55,035 nucleotides of DNA. Origin: Actinomycetes bacterium (lineage in GTDB: Bacteria; Actinomycetota; Thermoleophilia; RBG-16-64-13). This document shows, piece by piece, positions 1-10,422 of the stretch (position 1 is the stretch's first letter; every line of letters begins with the position of its first letter). Position numbers and translations under genes: made by a program. A model generated the notes under the pieces. It was not told where the DNA came from and ran no database searches. It was given only the letters and a program-made list of their open reading frames with translations. The DNA lies in NCBI GenBank assembly GCA_021802965.1, contig JAJZQZ010000001.1, forward strand, positions 1 to 55,035, in the 5' to 3' direction.

Positions 1-753
1 GAATGCCAATCTCTCCCGAGCTCTGTGGGCGGAGCGCATGCTCTCGGGGAAGTGGTAGGCGAGGAGGGCTTCCGGCTTGCGCAGGTAGCCGCGACCGGCG
101 AGCAGATACGCAGGCAGAGGGTCGACGAAATGGACGGCTTCGCACGAGACCCGCTTGAGGAGCGTGCGGATCGTGCGTACGGACAAGTCGCCGGTCGCCG
201 GGTAGACAGGCACCAGGCCTATGGTGTGCAGGCCCTCCTCGTCGCCCCCGAGGATCTCATGGCGCTTCACCGCGAACGACGTGACCGGGCCTCGGCGGTT
301 CAGCGTGCCCTTCAGCAGGATCTCGGGTCCCCGGTCGAACGCGGGCTTCAAGTAGTCCTGGTTGTACATGACGGCGAGCATGGTCCCCGTGTCGTCGCTC
401 ACCAGGCACTCCAGGACGCGCAGGCCGCGGCGGCGCGTGTCGCGGACGCTGCAGGAACGGACCCGGACCCGGAGGGTGGCCTCTTCTCCCAGCCGCAAAG
501 CTCCGATGCTTGAGAGCCGCGAGGGAGGCTCATGCCGAAAAGGCACGTGCAGCAGCAGGTCGGACACCGAATGCAGCCCGATGGCGTCCAGCCGGGCGGC
601 GGTCACGCGCCCGACACCGGGCACAGACGTGAGGGCGCGGTCGAGGCGAGAGGGCGCGAGGCCGCCCTTCGAGGTGAGCGCGAGCACAGCGTCGGCTTCG
701 AGGGGGGCGCCGCCGAGTGGGTAGCGGAGCCCGGAGCCGACGGGACGCCTCAT
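1..753 (-). CDS. recG: ATP-dependent DNA helicase RecG, N-terminal part (continues past window start)
   Basis: Not in the ORF track because it has no stop in the window. The minus frame is open from ATG at 753 (ATGA overlap with the degV stop) to base 1. My translation is MRRPVGSGLRYPLGGAPLEADAVLALTSKGGLAPSRLDRALTSVPGVGRVTAARLDAIGLHSVSDLLLHVPFRHE..LRVRVRSCSV..MLAVMYNQ. It shows the RecG N-terminal GVG..A..L / DLL.H.P.R pattern and a wedge (OB) region. The yloV-degV-recG order is typical. Confidence 0.75.
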   Translation of the reverse strand, partial: MRRPVGSGLRYPLGGAPLEADAVLALTSKGGLAPSRLDRALTSVPGVGRVTAARLDAIGLHSVSDLLLHVPFRHEPPSRLSSIGALRLGEEATLRVRVRSCSVRDTRRRGLRVLECLVSDDTGTMLAVMYNQDYLKPAFDRGPEILLKGTLNRRGPVTSFAVKRHEILGGDEEGLHTIGLVPVYPATGDLSVRTIRTLLKRVSCEAVHFVDPLPAYLLAGRGYLRKPEALLAYHFPESMRSAHRARERLAF

Positions 754-1619
754 TCCTCGATGAAGAACAGGGCCACCGCCCCGGGCCCGGCGTAGGTGCC
801 GATGACAGCGCCGACCTCCCCACGGAGACAGATGTCGCTCTCTCGGTCGGTGGCCATGATCATCGCCTCGAGCTCTTCCATCTTCTGCGGAGCCGCTGCG
901 TGTGACAGCCCGACCCGCACGGGAACACCCGGTCGGGTAAGCTCGAGAAAGTACTCGACCATGGCCGTCACGGCTTTCCGCTCGCCGCGCACTTTCTTGT
1001 AGGGAGCCACCACCCCGTCGGAGAAGGTCAGCAAGGGCTTGATGTTGAGTAGGCTGCCCGCGAGGCTGCTCGCCCGCCCGATCCGTCCGCCCCTCTGCAG
1101 GTACTCGAGCGTATCGAGCATGAAGAGGCGCCCTGATTTCTGAGTGTACCTGTCGATGAAAGCCTGGAACTCCTGGTCGGTCGTGCCCTCGTCGAGCTTG
1201 CGCAGGAGACACTGGACGAGCAGGCTGATGGCGAGGCAGGCCACCTCAGTGTCGACGACCGTCACCCCGTCTACCTGACTCTGGGCGAGTCGCGCGCTCT
1301 CCACCGTGCCGCTGAGCTTGCCGCTCAGATGTATGGAGTACACGTTCTCGAAGCCCTCGCGCAACCGCCGGTACTCCGCGAGAAAGGCGCCGGCCGATGG
1401 CTGTGACGTGGTGGGGAGCCGTTCGACTGTGAGGAGCCGGGCGTAGAACTCACGCGGCTTCAGGTCGATCCAGTCACGATACGTCTCGTCCCCAAAATGG
1501 ACGTTCAGCGGGACCATGGACACATTGGGGTCCGTTCGCAGAACCTCCGGCATGTCCGAGGTCGAATCCACCACTATCGCCGTGTTGCTCCGGTCCAGCC
1601 TACCGACTGCCTCACCCAT
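750..1619 (-). CDS. DegV family fatty-acid-binding protein
   Basis: ORF 750..1619, 289 aa. DegV-type N-terminus (TAIVVDSTSDMP) and family-typical length. Sits downstream of yloV. Confidence 0.85.
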   Translation of the reverse strand: MGEAVGRLDRSNTAIVVDSTSDMPEVLRTDPNVSMVPLNVHFGDETYRDWIDLKPREFYARLLTVERLPTTSQPSAGAFLAEYRRLREGFENVYSIHLSGKLSGTVESARLAQSQVDGVTVVDTEVACLAISLLVQCLLRKLDEGTTDQEFQAFIDRYTQKSGRLFMLDTLEYLQRGGRIGRASSLAGSLLNIKPLLTFSDGVVAPYKKVRGERKAVTAMVEYFLELTRPGVPVRVGLSHAAAPQKMEELEAMIMATDRESDICLRGEVGAVIGTYAGPGAVALFFIEE

Positions 1620-1651
1620 CTCCCCCCCTCTCGACGCCTGGTCCTTGCACG

Positions 1652-3289
1652 CTACTCAGCCGACAGAAGGAGCGGGTACAGCGGCTGCCCCCCCTCGTGC
1701 ACCTCCACCTCGACCTCCGGATAGAGCTCGCGGAGGTGGTCCAAGGCGACGCGGGCCGTCTCCGCGTCGGCGCCGTCGCCCACGAGCACGGTCACGAGCT
1801 CCCGGCCGTCGGCGATCAGCAGAGCGGCGACGCCCTCCACGACCGGGATCATATCGGGGCCGCTCGCCACGGCCCGGTCCTCCACGAGGCCCAGGTACTC
1901 GCCGGCTTTGACCTCGACGCCGTCCGCTCGCGAGTCACGGACGGCCCGGGTCACCTCACCGGTCATCACCGACGATACGGCCTGCCCCATCCGCTCGCGG
2001 TTGGTCTCCGCCGAAGCCTGCGGATCGAACGCTACCATAGCCGACAAGCCTGCCTGCACGGAGCGGGTGGGAAGCACGATCAAAGGGCGCGAGCTCATCG
2101 CCGCCACCTGCTCAGCGACCATGATGATGTTCTTGTTGTTGGGCAGCAGCAGGACCTCGGGCGCCTTCGTGCTCTCGACCGCCCGCAGCAGCTCCTCGGC
2201 CGAAGGGTTCATCGACTGCCCGCCCTCCACCAGCACACGGGTCCCGAGGCTCTGGAACAGGCGCCTCACGCCTTCGCCCGCCACCACCGCCACCACGTCA
2301 GTGGCGCCAAGATCCGCTTCGGCGGCTTCGGCTTCGCGTAGCCGCTTGGTGCGCGCGGCGGTCTGGTCGCGCATGTTGTCGATCTCGACCTCGTGGATGG
2401 TCCCTTGGGCCGTGGCGAGGGCCAACGCACGCCCCGGTTCGTCGGTGTGCACGTGGACCTTGACCTGCGAGTCCGTACCCACGACCAGCAGGCTGTCGCC
2501 CAGGTCGAACAGCGCACTCTCCAAGGCGGGGGCGTCCAGGCCTTCCCCACGCAGAAGGAAGCTGGTGCAGTACGTGTACTTGCTTTCTGCTTCTTCCACC
2601 GCCTCGATCTGCGGGCGGGCCGCCAGCTCCCGCGCGGGTTCAGGCACCGTCACGTCACCCTCCTCGCCAGGCCGGGCCATGCCTTCCAGAAGCACCATCA
2701 AGCCGTATCCCCCGGCGTCGACCACTCCCGCATCGGCCAACACTTTGAGGAGCGCCGGCGTGCGACGGACGCTCTCCCACCCTTCGGAAAGTATAGCGGC
2801 GACGAAACCCTCGCCACTCTGCCCGGCCTCGACGGCCTTCCCCGCCGCATCCGCCGTATCCCGCAGCACGGTGAGCATGGTGCCTTCGACCGGTTTGCGC
2901 ACGGCCCGGTATGCGGCCTCCGCCGCCTTCGCCAAGGCGGCGGAGGCCGCGGTGGCGTCGACCAACTCCTGTCCGGCCGCGTACGGCTCCACAGCTCCCC
3001 GGATCATCTGCGAGAGAATGACGCCGCTGTTGCCCCGTGCTCCCATGAGGGCGGCGTTGGCGATGAGCGAAGCAGTCTCGGCGCACGACAGCGCGGGGTC
3101 GGCCTCTTGCAGATCTTCCACGATAGCGCGCACGGTGAGGCAAAGGTTGGTGCCCGTGTCGCCGTCCGGGACGGGATAGACGTTCAGGTCGTTGACATGC
3201 TGCCGTCGCCCCTCGAGGGCCCGGAACCCCGCGCCTACGACCGCGCGGGCTCGTGCGACCGTGAGAACGCCACCCTCATCGTTCGCCAA
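1652..3289 (-). CDS. yloV: DAK2 (DhaL) domain fusion protein YloV
   Basis: ORF 1652..3289, 545 aa. Has the Dak2 motif NVYPVPDGDTGTNL near the N-terminus and YloV-like size. Lies next to asp23 and degV. Confidence 0.9.
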   Translation of the reverse strand: MANDEGGVLTVARARAVVGAGFRALEGRRQHVNDLNVYPVPDGDTGTNLCLTVRAIVEDLQEADPALSCAETASLIANAALMGARGNSGVILSQMIRGAVEPYAAGQELVDATAASAALAKAAEAAYRAVRKPVEGTMLTVLRDTADAAGKAVEAGQSGEGFVAAILSEGWESVRRTPALLKVLADAGVVDAGGYGLMVLLEGMARPGEEGDVTVPEPARELAARPQIEAVEEAESKYTYCTSFLLRGEGLDAPALESALFDLGDSLLVVGTDSQVKVHVHTDEPGRALALATAQGTIHEVEIDNMRDQTAARTKRLREAEAAEADLGATDVVAVVAGEGVRRLFQSLGTRVLVEGGQSMNPSAEELLRAVESTKAPEVLLLPNNKNIIMVAEQVAAMSSRPLIVLPTRSVQAGLSAMVAFDPQASAETNRERMGQAVSSVMTGEVTRAVRDSRADGVEVKAGEYLGLVEDRAVASGPDMIPVVEGVAALLIADGRELVTVLVGDGADAETARVALDHLRELYPEVEVEVHEGGQPLYPLLLSAE

Positions 3290-3662
3290 CCTTGACCCCC
3301 TGGACGTGTATGTGCAGGTCGGTCACGGGGCGGCCGACCGCGCGCTCGACGTTGTAAGAGACTTGAGAGCGCACATTGCCCGCCACTTCGGCCACGTTCA
3401 GCCCGTACTCTACGACAACATACAGGTCGATGTGGAGCTTTTCGCGGTCCTGATTGACCCGTATGCCCTGGTGGAGGCGATCGCGGCTCAGAAGAGAGGC
3501 CACCCCGCGGACGAGATTGGGAGAAGCCATGCCCACGACCCCGTAGCACTCCAGCACGGTCCAGCCCACGATGTCGGCGATCGCGCCGTCGGATATGACC
3601 ACCCGGCCCAAGCTGCGCCCCGGGCTGGTCGCTGTGTCGAGGGCGGCCTGCTCGTCGGTCAT
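3276..3662 (-). CDS. Asp23/Gls24 family envelope stress protein
   Basis: Last 128 codons of ORF 3276..4067, starting at ATG 3662 (MTDEQAALD...). Asp23 pattern: VVISDGAIADIVG, HIDLYVVVEYGLNVAEVAGNVRSQV. The longer 5' extension of the ORF is Arg/Gly-rich junk and overlaps the next gene. Confidence 0.85.
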   Translation of the reverse strand: MTDEQAALDTATSPGRSLGRVVISDGAIADIVGWTVLECYGVVGMASPNLVRGVASLLSRDRLHQGIRVNQDREKLHIDLYVVVEYGLNVAEVAGNVRSQVSYNVERAVGRPVTDLHIHVQGVKVGER

Positions 3663-3667
3663 GCCCG

Positions 3668-3886
3668 TCAGGTTTCTTCGGACACCGTCAGGGGCGGCAA
3701 CGCATTGAGATCGTGGAGGATGGCCCGCGTATCGATGCCGTGCATCTTGGCACCGTCCTCGATGGACTCCATCATCGCCCCCATGCAGCCTATGCACGCC
3801 AGACCATGCGCCGTGAAGACGTCGCGGGCGCGAGGGTCGGCCTGAAGGGCCTCGAGGATGGACATCTCTTTGGTGAATGTGGTCAT
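3668..3886 (-). CDS. small DUF1858-like redox-disulfide domain protein
   Basis: ORF 3668..3946. The likely start is ATG 3886, preceded by GGGGGAGAGA. The 72-aa product (MTTFTKEMSILEALQADPRARDVFTAHGLACIGCMGA...) resembles the DUF1858 / hybrid-cluster-associated domain with its CxGC motif. Confidence 0.6.
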   Translation of the reverse strand: MTTFTKEMSILEALQADPRARDVFTAHGLACIGCMGAMMESIEDGAKMHGIDTRAILHDLNALPPLTVSEET

Positions 3887-3964
3887 TCTCTCCCCCGGCG
3901 GGACGTCGTCGAACGGGACTGCCACCGTGTGGACATTGTACACCACGTCCTCTCCGCCCAGCCC

Positions 3965-3993
3965 TTGCCAAGGGCCCGTCGCCGGTGCATACT
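3965..3993 (+). promoter_or_regulatory. candidate sigma-A type promoter for rpmB
   Basis: TTGCCA (3965-3970), a 17-nt spacer, then CATACT (3988-3993). It lies about 95 nt upstream of the rpmB ATG. Confidence 0.35.
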
Positions 3994-4087
3994 ATGGCGT
4001 CCCGCGTCAGGAGCGGCACGTTTCTGTGCCCCGTGGCCCGGCACTCACCGACGACCCGGGTCACCACCCACGAGGAGTGAAGATACG

Positions 4088-4279
4088 ATGTCGAGGATCT
4101 GCGCAGTCTGCGGCAAGACGCCCAGCTTCGGGAACAACCGGAGCCACTCCATGCGGGCGACCAAGCGCCGCTGGAACGTCAACGTACAGAAGGTGCACAT
4201 GCTCATCAAGGGCAAGCCGGTGCGCGCCTACGTGTGCGCCAAGTGCCTGAAGGGCCATAAGGTCCAGAAGGTCGCCTAG
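4088..4279 (+). CDS. rpmB: 50S ribosomal protein L28
   Basis: ATG 4088, in frame within ORF 3713..4279. MSRICAVCGKTPSFGNNRSHSMRATKRRWNVNVQKV is a canonical L28 sequence. Confidence 0.95.
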   Translation: MSRICAVCGKTPSFGNNRSHSMRATKRRWNVNVQKVHMLIKGKPVRAYVCAKCLKGHKVQKVA

Positions 4280-4300
4280 CCGCAACTTCTCACCGGGGGA

Positions 4301-4790
<490 letters not shown>

Positions 4791-4798
<8 letters not shown>

Positions 4799-6050
4799 CC
4801 CCGTCTCCTTCCACGTCGATCTCGTCCAACCCCAAGCCCTGGTGATGCAGGATGTGCCCCATCTTGGCGGCCTTGGCCTGCAGGTAGCGGAGGTTCTGGT
4901 CCCGGGGCGCCACCTCGAGGGCGACCCGCTCGCTGATCGTCAACCCGTACCCCTCGAGGCCCACGAGCTTTCGGGGATTGTTGGTCATGATGCGGATGCT
5001 GCTGAGACCGAGGTCGACCAGGATCTGCGCCCCGATGCCGTAGTCGCGCAGGTCGGGCGGGAAGCCGAGCTCGACGTTGGCCTCGACGGTGTCTCGTCCC
5101 TCCTCCTGAAGCTTGTACGCTTTCAGCTTGTTGAGAAGCCCGATGCCCCGGCCCTCCTGGGCCATGTAGAGGAGCACTCCCAAGCCCTCCTCCTCGATCC
5201 GCTCCATGGCCGCTTCCAGCTGTTCGCCGCAGTCGCAGCGCAACGAGCCGAAGACGTCGCCGGTCAGACACTCCGAGTGGACGCGCACGAGGACGTTCTC
5301 CTTGCCGGCCACGTCGCCCTTGACCAGGGCCAGATGCTGCTCGCCGTCGAGGAGGCTCTCGTAGCCGTGGGCGTTGAAGTCACCCCAGCGCGTCGGCATG
5401 CGCACCACAGAACCCCGGTTGATCAGCTTCTCGGTGCGCCGGCGGTACTCGATGAGGTCGGCGACCGTGACCAGCTTGATCTCGTGCTGCGCGCAGTAGG
5501 GCATCAGGTCGGGCACGCGAGCCATGGTGCCGTCGTCGTTCATGATCTCGCAGATGACCCCGGCGGGATTGAGACCGGCAAGACGGGCAAGGTCGACGGC
5601 CGCTTCGGTCTGACCCGAACGTTCGAGCACTCCCCCGGGACGGGCGCGCAGCGGAAAGACGTGTCCCGGCTGGACCAGGTCTTCCGCCCGGGTGCGAGGG
5701 TCTATCGCCACCTGGATCGTGTGCGCCCGGTCGGCGGCCGAAATGCCCGTGGTGACCCCTTCGCGGGCTTCGATGGACACCGTGAAGGCCGTCTCGAACC
5801 GCGATTGGTTGTTGCGCGTCATGGGGTGAAGGCCGAGCTTGTCGGCCCGTTGCGAGGTCATCGCCAGGCAGATGAGCCCGCGGCCGTGGGTGGCCATGAA
5901 GTTGATGGCCTCCGGCGTCACGAACTGCGCCGCCATGGTGAGGTCACCCTCGTTCTCGCGATCCTCGTCATCGACCACGACCACCATGCGCCCCGACTTG
6001 ATCTCGTCGATGGCTTCCTCGATGGAAGCGAAGGCTCTGTCCCGTTCCAT
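4791..6050 (-). CDS. ribBA: bifunctional 3,4-dihydroxy-2-butanone-4-phosphate synthase / GTP cyclohydrolase II
   Basis: ORF 4791..6128. The likely start is ATG 6050, preceded by AAGGAG. Motifs [11 protein letters not shown] (DHBP synthase) and [18 protein letters not shown] (GCH II). Confidence 0.95.
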
Positions 6051-6084
6051 GATTCTCCTTTGTCTGCTCGGCCCGGTGGCCGCT

Positions 6085-6768
6085 CTATGCGTATCCCTGC
6101 TTGCGCAGCAGGCTGTCCAGTCCTCCACTCGATGCCGGAGTCGCGGCCCGGCCGGTCCCCCGTGTGGCTTCGACCCCCGCCAGGGCCTCCAGGCTCTGGC
6201 GCACGTACCGGGCGATGACGTCGGCCTCGAGGTTCACCGTCCGCCCGGGCGCGATCGTCCGCAAGGTGGTCTCAGCGAGCGTATGGGGGATGATGCCGAG
6301 CCCGAAGTCGGCTTCGCCGACGTCGGTCACGGTGAGTGAGATGCCGTCGACGGCGATCGAGCCCTTGCCGGCGACATATCCCCGCAGCTCCGTGGGCAGC
6401 GAGATGCGCACCTCCAGCGCGATGCCTCGCGTGCGCGCCGAGAGCACCCGGGCCACCGCGTCGACGTGCCCCAGCACCATGTGCCCGCCGAGGCGGTCGC
6501 CCAAAGCCATGGCTCGTTCCAGGTTGACCTCGTCTCCCGGCCGACGAGAGCCTATCGTGGTGTGCTCGAGGGTCTCGGCCATGCAGTCCACGGCGAACGA
6601 GGAGGAGTCGAGCTGGACGACGGTGAGACATGCCCCGTCGACCGCGATGGAATCGCCCAGGCGCGTGCCCCCAAGGACCCGTCGAGCGGCGACGTGGAGG
6701 TGGGCGCCCTCTCCGCGGCGGGTCAGGCGGAGGACCCGCCCGGTCTCCTCGATGAGGCCGGTGAACAT
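6085..6768 (-). CDS. ribE: riboflavin synthase alpha chain
   Basis: ORF of 227 aa with the canonical [11 protein letters not shown]-terminus and an internal repeat. Confidence 0.95.
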   Translation of the reverse strand: MFTGLIEETGRVLRLTRRGEGAHLHVAARRVLGGTRLGDSIAVDGACLTVVQLDSSSFAVDCMAETLEHTTIGSRRPGDEVNLERAMALGDRLGGHMVLGHVDAVARVLSARTRGIALEVRISLPTELRGYVAGKGSIAVDGISLTVTDVGEADFGLGIIPHTLAETTLRTIAPGRTVNLEADVIARYVRQSLEALAGVEATRGTGRAATPASSGGLDSLLRKQGYA

Positions 6769-7907
6769 CAGGGCTCTCCTACGTAGCCGCTGAGCATGAC
6801 GTCGACGCCGCTCTTCTCCACCTCGACGTCGCGCAGGCGAAGAGCGGCATCCATGTGGTCATAACCCCGCGCCGGCAGCGGTCCAGGCGATGCGGCTCCC
6901 CCGGCCACCACGGGGGCCACGAAGGCGACGATGCGATCGATCATGCCCGCGTCCCACCAGGAGGCGGCCAGGCGCGCGCCCCCCTCGAGGAACACGCTCT
7001 GCACTCCGCGCTGGGCCAGAAGCCGGCCCACCGTGCGGGGCTCGGGGTGGCCGTCCGCTCCGAGGGGCACGGGTGCCACTTCCACAGCCCACGTGCGCAC
7101 CTCCTCGAGGCGCGCCTCCGGGATCTCGCTCGAGCACACGAAGAGCACGGGTCCCTTGTCGACCGTGCGCACCAGGGCTGCCTCACGCGCCACTTTCAGC
7201 TGCGTGTCGACCACCACTCGCAACGGTTGCCGATGGACCGGCACATCGCGAGCGGTGAGCTCGGGGTCGTCGTGGCGGAACGTCCCCGCGCCCACGAGCA
7301 CCGCGTCCGAACGCGCCCGGAAGGCGTGCACGCGCAGGCGGCTCTCCTCCCCCGAGATCCACTTGGAGTCGCCGGACTCGGTGGCCACACGGCCGTCGAT
7401 GGTCATCGCGTACTTATACGTGACGAAGGGCAGGCCCGCCGTGACGTGCTTGCGAAAGGCATCGTTCTGGCGTTTGGCTCGGTAGGCGAGGTCGCCCTCG
7501 GGCATGTCCACGGTGATGCCGGCGTCGAGGAGCCGCTGGATGCCCTTGCCGCACACCCAGGCAGAGGGGTCCTCCGCTCCCACGACCACGCGACTGACTC
7601 CCGCCGCTATGAGAGCGTCGGCGCACGGAGGCGTGCGACCATGATGGCAACACGGCTCCAGGGTGACGTAGACGGTGGCCCCCGTGAGGCGGCCGGCCGA
7701 CTCATCGCCGACGGCAGCCTTCATGGCCACGATCTCGGCGTGATCCTGGCCCGCCGCGGCGTGGAAGCCCTGGCCGACCACCCGACCGCCCACGACCACC
7801 ACGGCCCCCACGACAGGGTTGGGACTCGTGAGCCCCCGCCCTCGCTCGGCCAGGGCCAAGGCGGTCTCGAGAAAATGCCGGTCGATGTCGGTCAACGCCA
7901 CGCTCAT
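6768..7907 (-). CDS. ribD: bifunctional riboflavin biosynthesis deaminase/reductase
   Basis: ORF of 379 aa. Cytidine/dCMP deaminase zinc motif (HAEI..., TLEPCCHHGRTPPC) followed by a reductase domain. Confidence 0.95.
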   Translation of the reverse strand: MSVALTDIDRHFLETALALAERGRGLTSPNPVVGAVVVVGGRVVGQGFHAAAGQDHAEIVAMKAAVGDESAGRLTGATVYVTLEPCCHHGRTPPCADALIAAGVSRVVVGAEDPSAWVCGKGIQRLLDAGITVDMPEGDLAYRAKRQNDAFRKHVTAGLPFVTYKYAMTIDGRVATESGDSKWISGEESRLRVHAFRARSDAVLVGAGTFRHDDPELTARDVPVHRQPLRVVVDTQLKVAREAALVRTVDKGPVLFVCSSEIPEARLEEVRTWAVEVAPVPLGADGHPEPRTVGRLLAQRGVQSVFLEGGARLAASWWDAGMIDRIVAFVAPVVAGGAASPGPLPARGYDHMDAALRLRDVEVEKSGVDVMLSGYVGEP

Positions 7908-7954
7908 GCCCCTTCATCACAGGCTTCGGGGTAAGGGCGCGGGCACGCGGACGC

Positions 7955-8080
7955 GTGCTGCGGTCTTCTCCCTTCCAGACTGTGACTGTCGGCCCAGGGA
8001 TTCCACCTGGTCTGCCCCGAAGGGCTCGCGGGCTGTGACCGCCGGTAGGGAATCGCACCCAACCCCGAAGACCATGAACA
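7955..8080 (-). promoter_or_regulatory. FMN riboswitch (RFN element) leading the rib operon
   Basis: The minus-strand RNA reads GGUCUUCGGGGUUGGGUGCGAUUCCCUACCGGCGGUCACAGCCCGCGAGCCCUUCGGGGCAGACCAGGUGGAAUCCCUGGGCCGACAGUCACAGUCUGGAAGGGAGAAGACC. This matches the conserved RFN core blocks and sits directly upstream of ribD. Confidence 0.9.
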
Positions 8081-8171
8081 GATACTCCTGCTCAGACCGA
8101 GGAATCGTAGCACAGAGCAGCCTGGCCCGCCACAGTCAGGGCCCGGGCGGGGCGACCTGCGCCGCCCTCCG

Positions 8172-8872
<701 letters not shown>

Positions 8873-8873
<1 letters not shown>

Positions 8874-9826
8874 CAGTCGCCCTCCCCTCCCCCTTCGTGG
8901 GGGCACGCAAGTCTGTCGTTCAGCCGTCCGCCGTATCCCCGAAGGAATTCGGAAGCCCGCATGGAGCGCTTTCCCGAAGGTTGCACGGTAAGGAGCTCCA
9001 GCGCGCCGTCGGCGCAGCCCAGGAAGAGCCTTTGCCCTGTCGCCGCCAGGCGGCCCGTGTCGCCCGAAAGAGCCTCGGGCCCTTCGGGGAACGAGCGCCA
9101 CACCTTGAACGCGAACCCTTGCTCCGTCCGGCCCTCGCAGCCCACGGCAGGGGCCAAGGCCCGGACCCGGTCGTGCAACCGGCGGGCGGAGAGCCGAGCG
9201 TCGAGCAGCCGATCTCCAGGTCCCAGCTTCGCGGCATAGCTGCCCTCGATGGGCTGTTCGCTCCAGCGTGCCGTACCGTCGACCAACGCCTGGAGCACCT
9301 GCTCGGCGGCGAGGGCGCCGGTGAGAGCGAGGGCCCGGCCCAGACTGCCCGCGTCGTCCCAGACGGAGATGGACAGGCGGCGCTGCAACGCCCAGGGTCC
9401 CTCATCGAGCCCGCGGGTCATCCGCATGATGCTGACCCCTGTCTCCGGCTCTCCGGCCATCAGCGCCCGGACGATCGGAGCCGCTCCTCGGTAGTGGGGC
9501 AGCAGCGAGGCGTGGACGTTGACGCACAGGAACCGGGCGAGGATGTCATCGCGAAGCAGCTGACCGAACGCGGCGACCAGCAGGCATTCCGCGCCTGATG
9601 CTTCCAAGGCGGCGATGACCTCGGGATGGTTGATGTCGGCGGTCTGAACGAGGGGAAGGCCGGCCTGGTCGGCGGCGACGGCCACCGGAGGCGGAGTCGC
9701 GTGCCTTCCCCGGCCCGCGGGGCGATCGGGCTGGGAGACGACCAGCGTCGGTCGCAGACCGCGATCGACAAGGTCGGTGAGGACGTGCGCCCCGAATCCG
9801 GGAGTCCCGGCGAAGGCGAGCTTCAC
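8873..9826 (-). CDS. fmt: methionyl-tRNA formyltransferase
   Basis: ORF of 317 aa. MKLAFAGTPGF N-terminus and the HASLLPHYRGAAPI motif. Confidence 0.95.
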
Positions 9827-9875
9827 GAAGCGTTGCCGGCGAGCAGCCCGGCGGCTTCCCGAGTAGGGGCTCCGC

Positions 9876-10409
9876 TCACGGCTCGGACCGGTTGCGCAGC
9901 TCTCGCAGCACGCGCTTGCGCTCCTCGACCGAGGTGCGGTCGAGGATGATGTGCCCCTCGAGGTGGTCGATCTCGTGCTGCATGATGCGGGCCAGGAGTC
10001 CCGTCGCCTCGACGCTGACCGGGTCGCCCTTCAGATTGAGGGCTTCTACCACCACCCGCTCGGCCCGCTCGACCTCCATCGTCTGCCCGGGGACCGAGAG
10101 GCATCCCTCGGGGGCGGTGATCGTCTCCTCGGAGCGCTCCACGATGCGAGGATTGACGAGGACGTACCCCTCATCGGTGTCCGGATGGCGCCAGACCATT
10201 ATCTTGCGCTGCACCCCGATCTGTGGGGCCGCGAGACCGATGCCCTTCTCTCGGTCCATCACCTCGAACATGGTCCGGACGAGTCGCTCCGTGTCCGGGC
10301 CGATCGTCTCGATCTCGTGCGATTCCTGGCGGAGCACGGGGTCGCCGAAGACACGGATGCGATCGAGGGAGAGAGGACTCTTGTCGCCGCGGTTCCCAGA
10401 GGTGTCCAT
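9876..10409 (-). CDS. def: peptide deformylase
   Basis: ORF of 177 aa. Motifs GIGLAAPQIG, EGCLS and QHEIDHL. Confidence 0.95.
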   Translation of the reverse strand: MDTSGNRGDKSPLSLDRIRVFGDPVLRQESHEIETIGPDTERLVRTMFEVMDREKGIGLAAPQIGVQRKIMVWRHPDTDEGYVLVNPRIVERSEETITAPEGCLSVPGQTMEVERAERVVVEALNLKGDPVSVEATGLLARIMQHEIDHLEGHIILDRTSVEERKRVLRELRNRSEP

Positions 10410-10422
10410 GTGCTCCTCAGCT

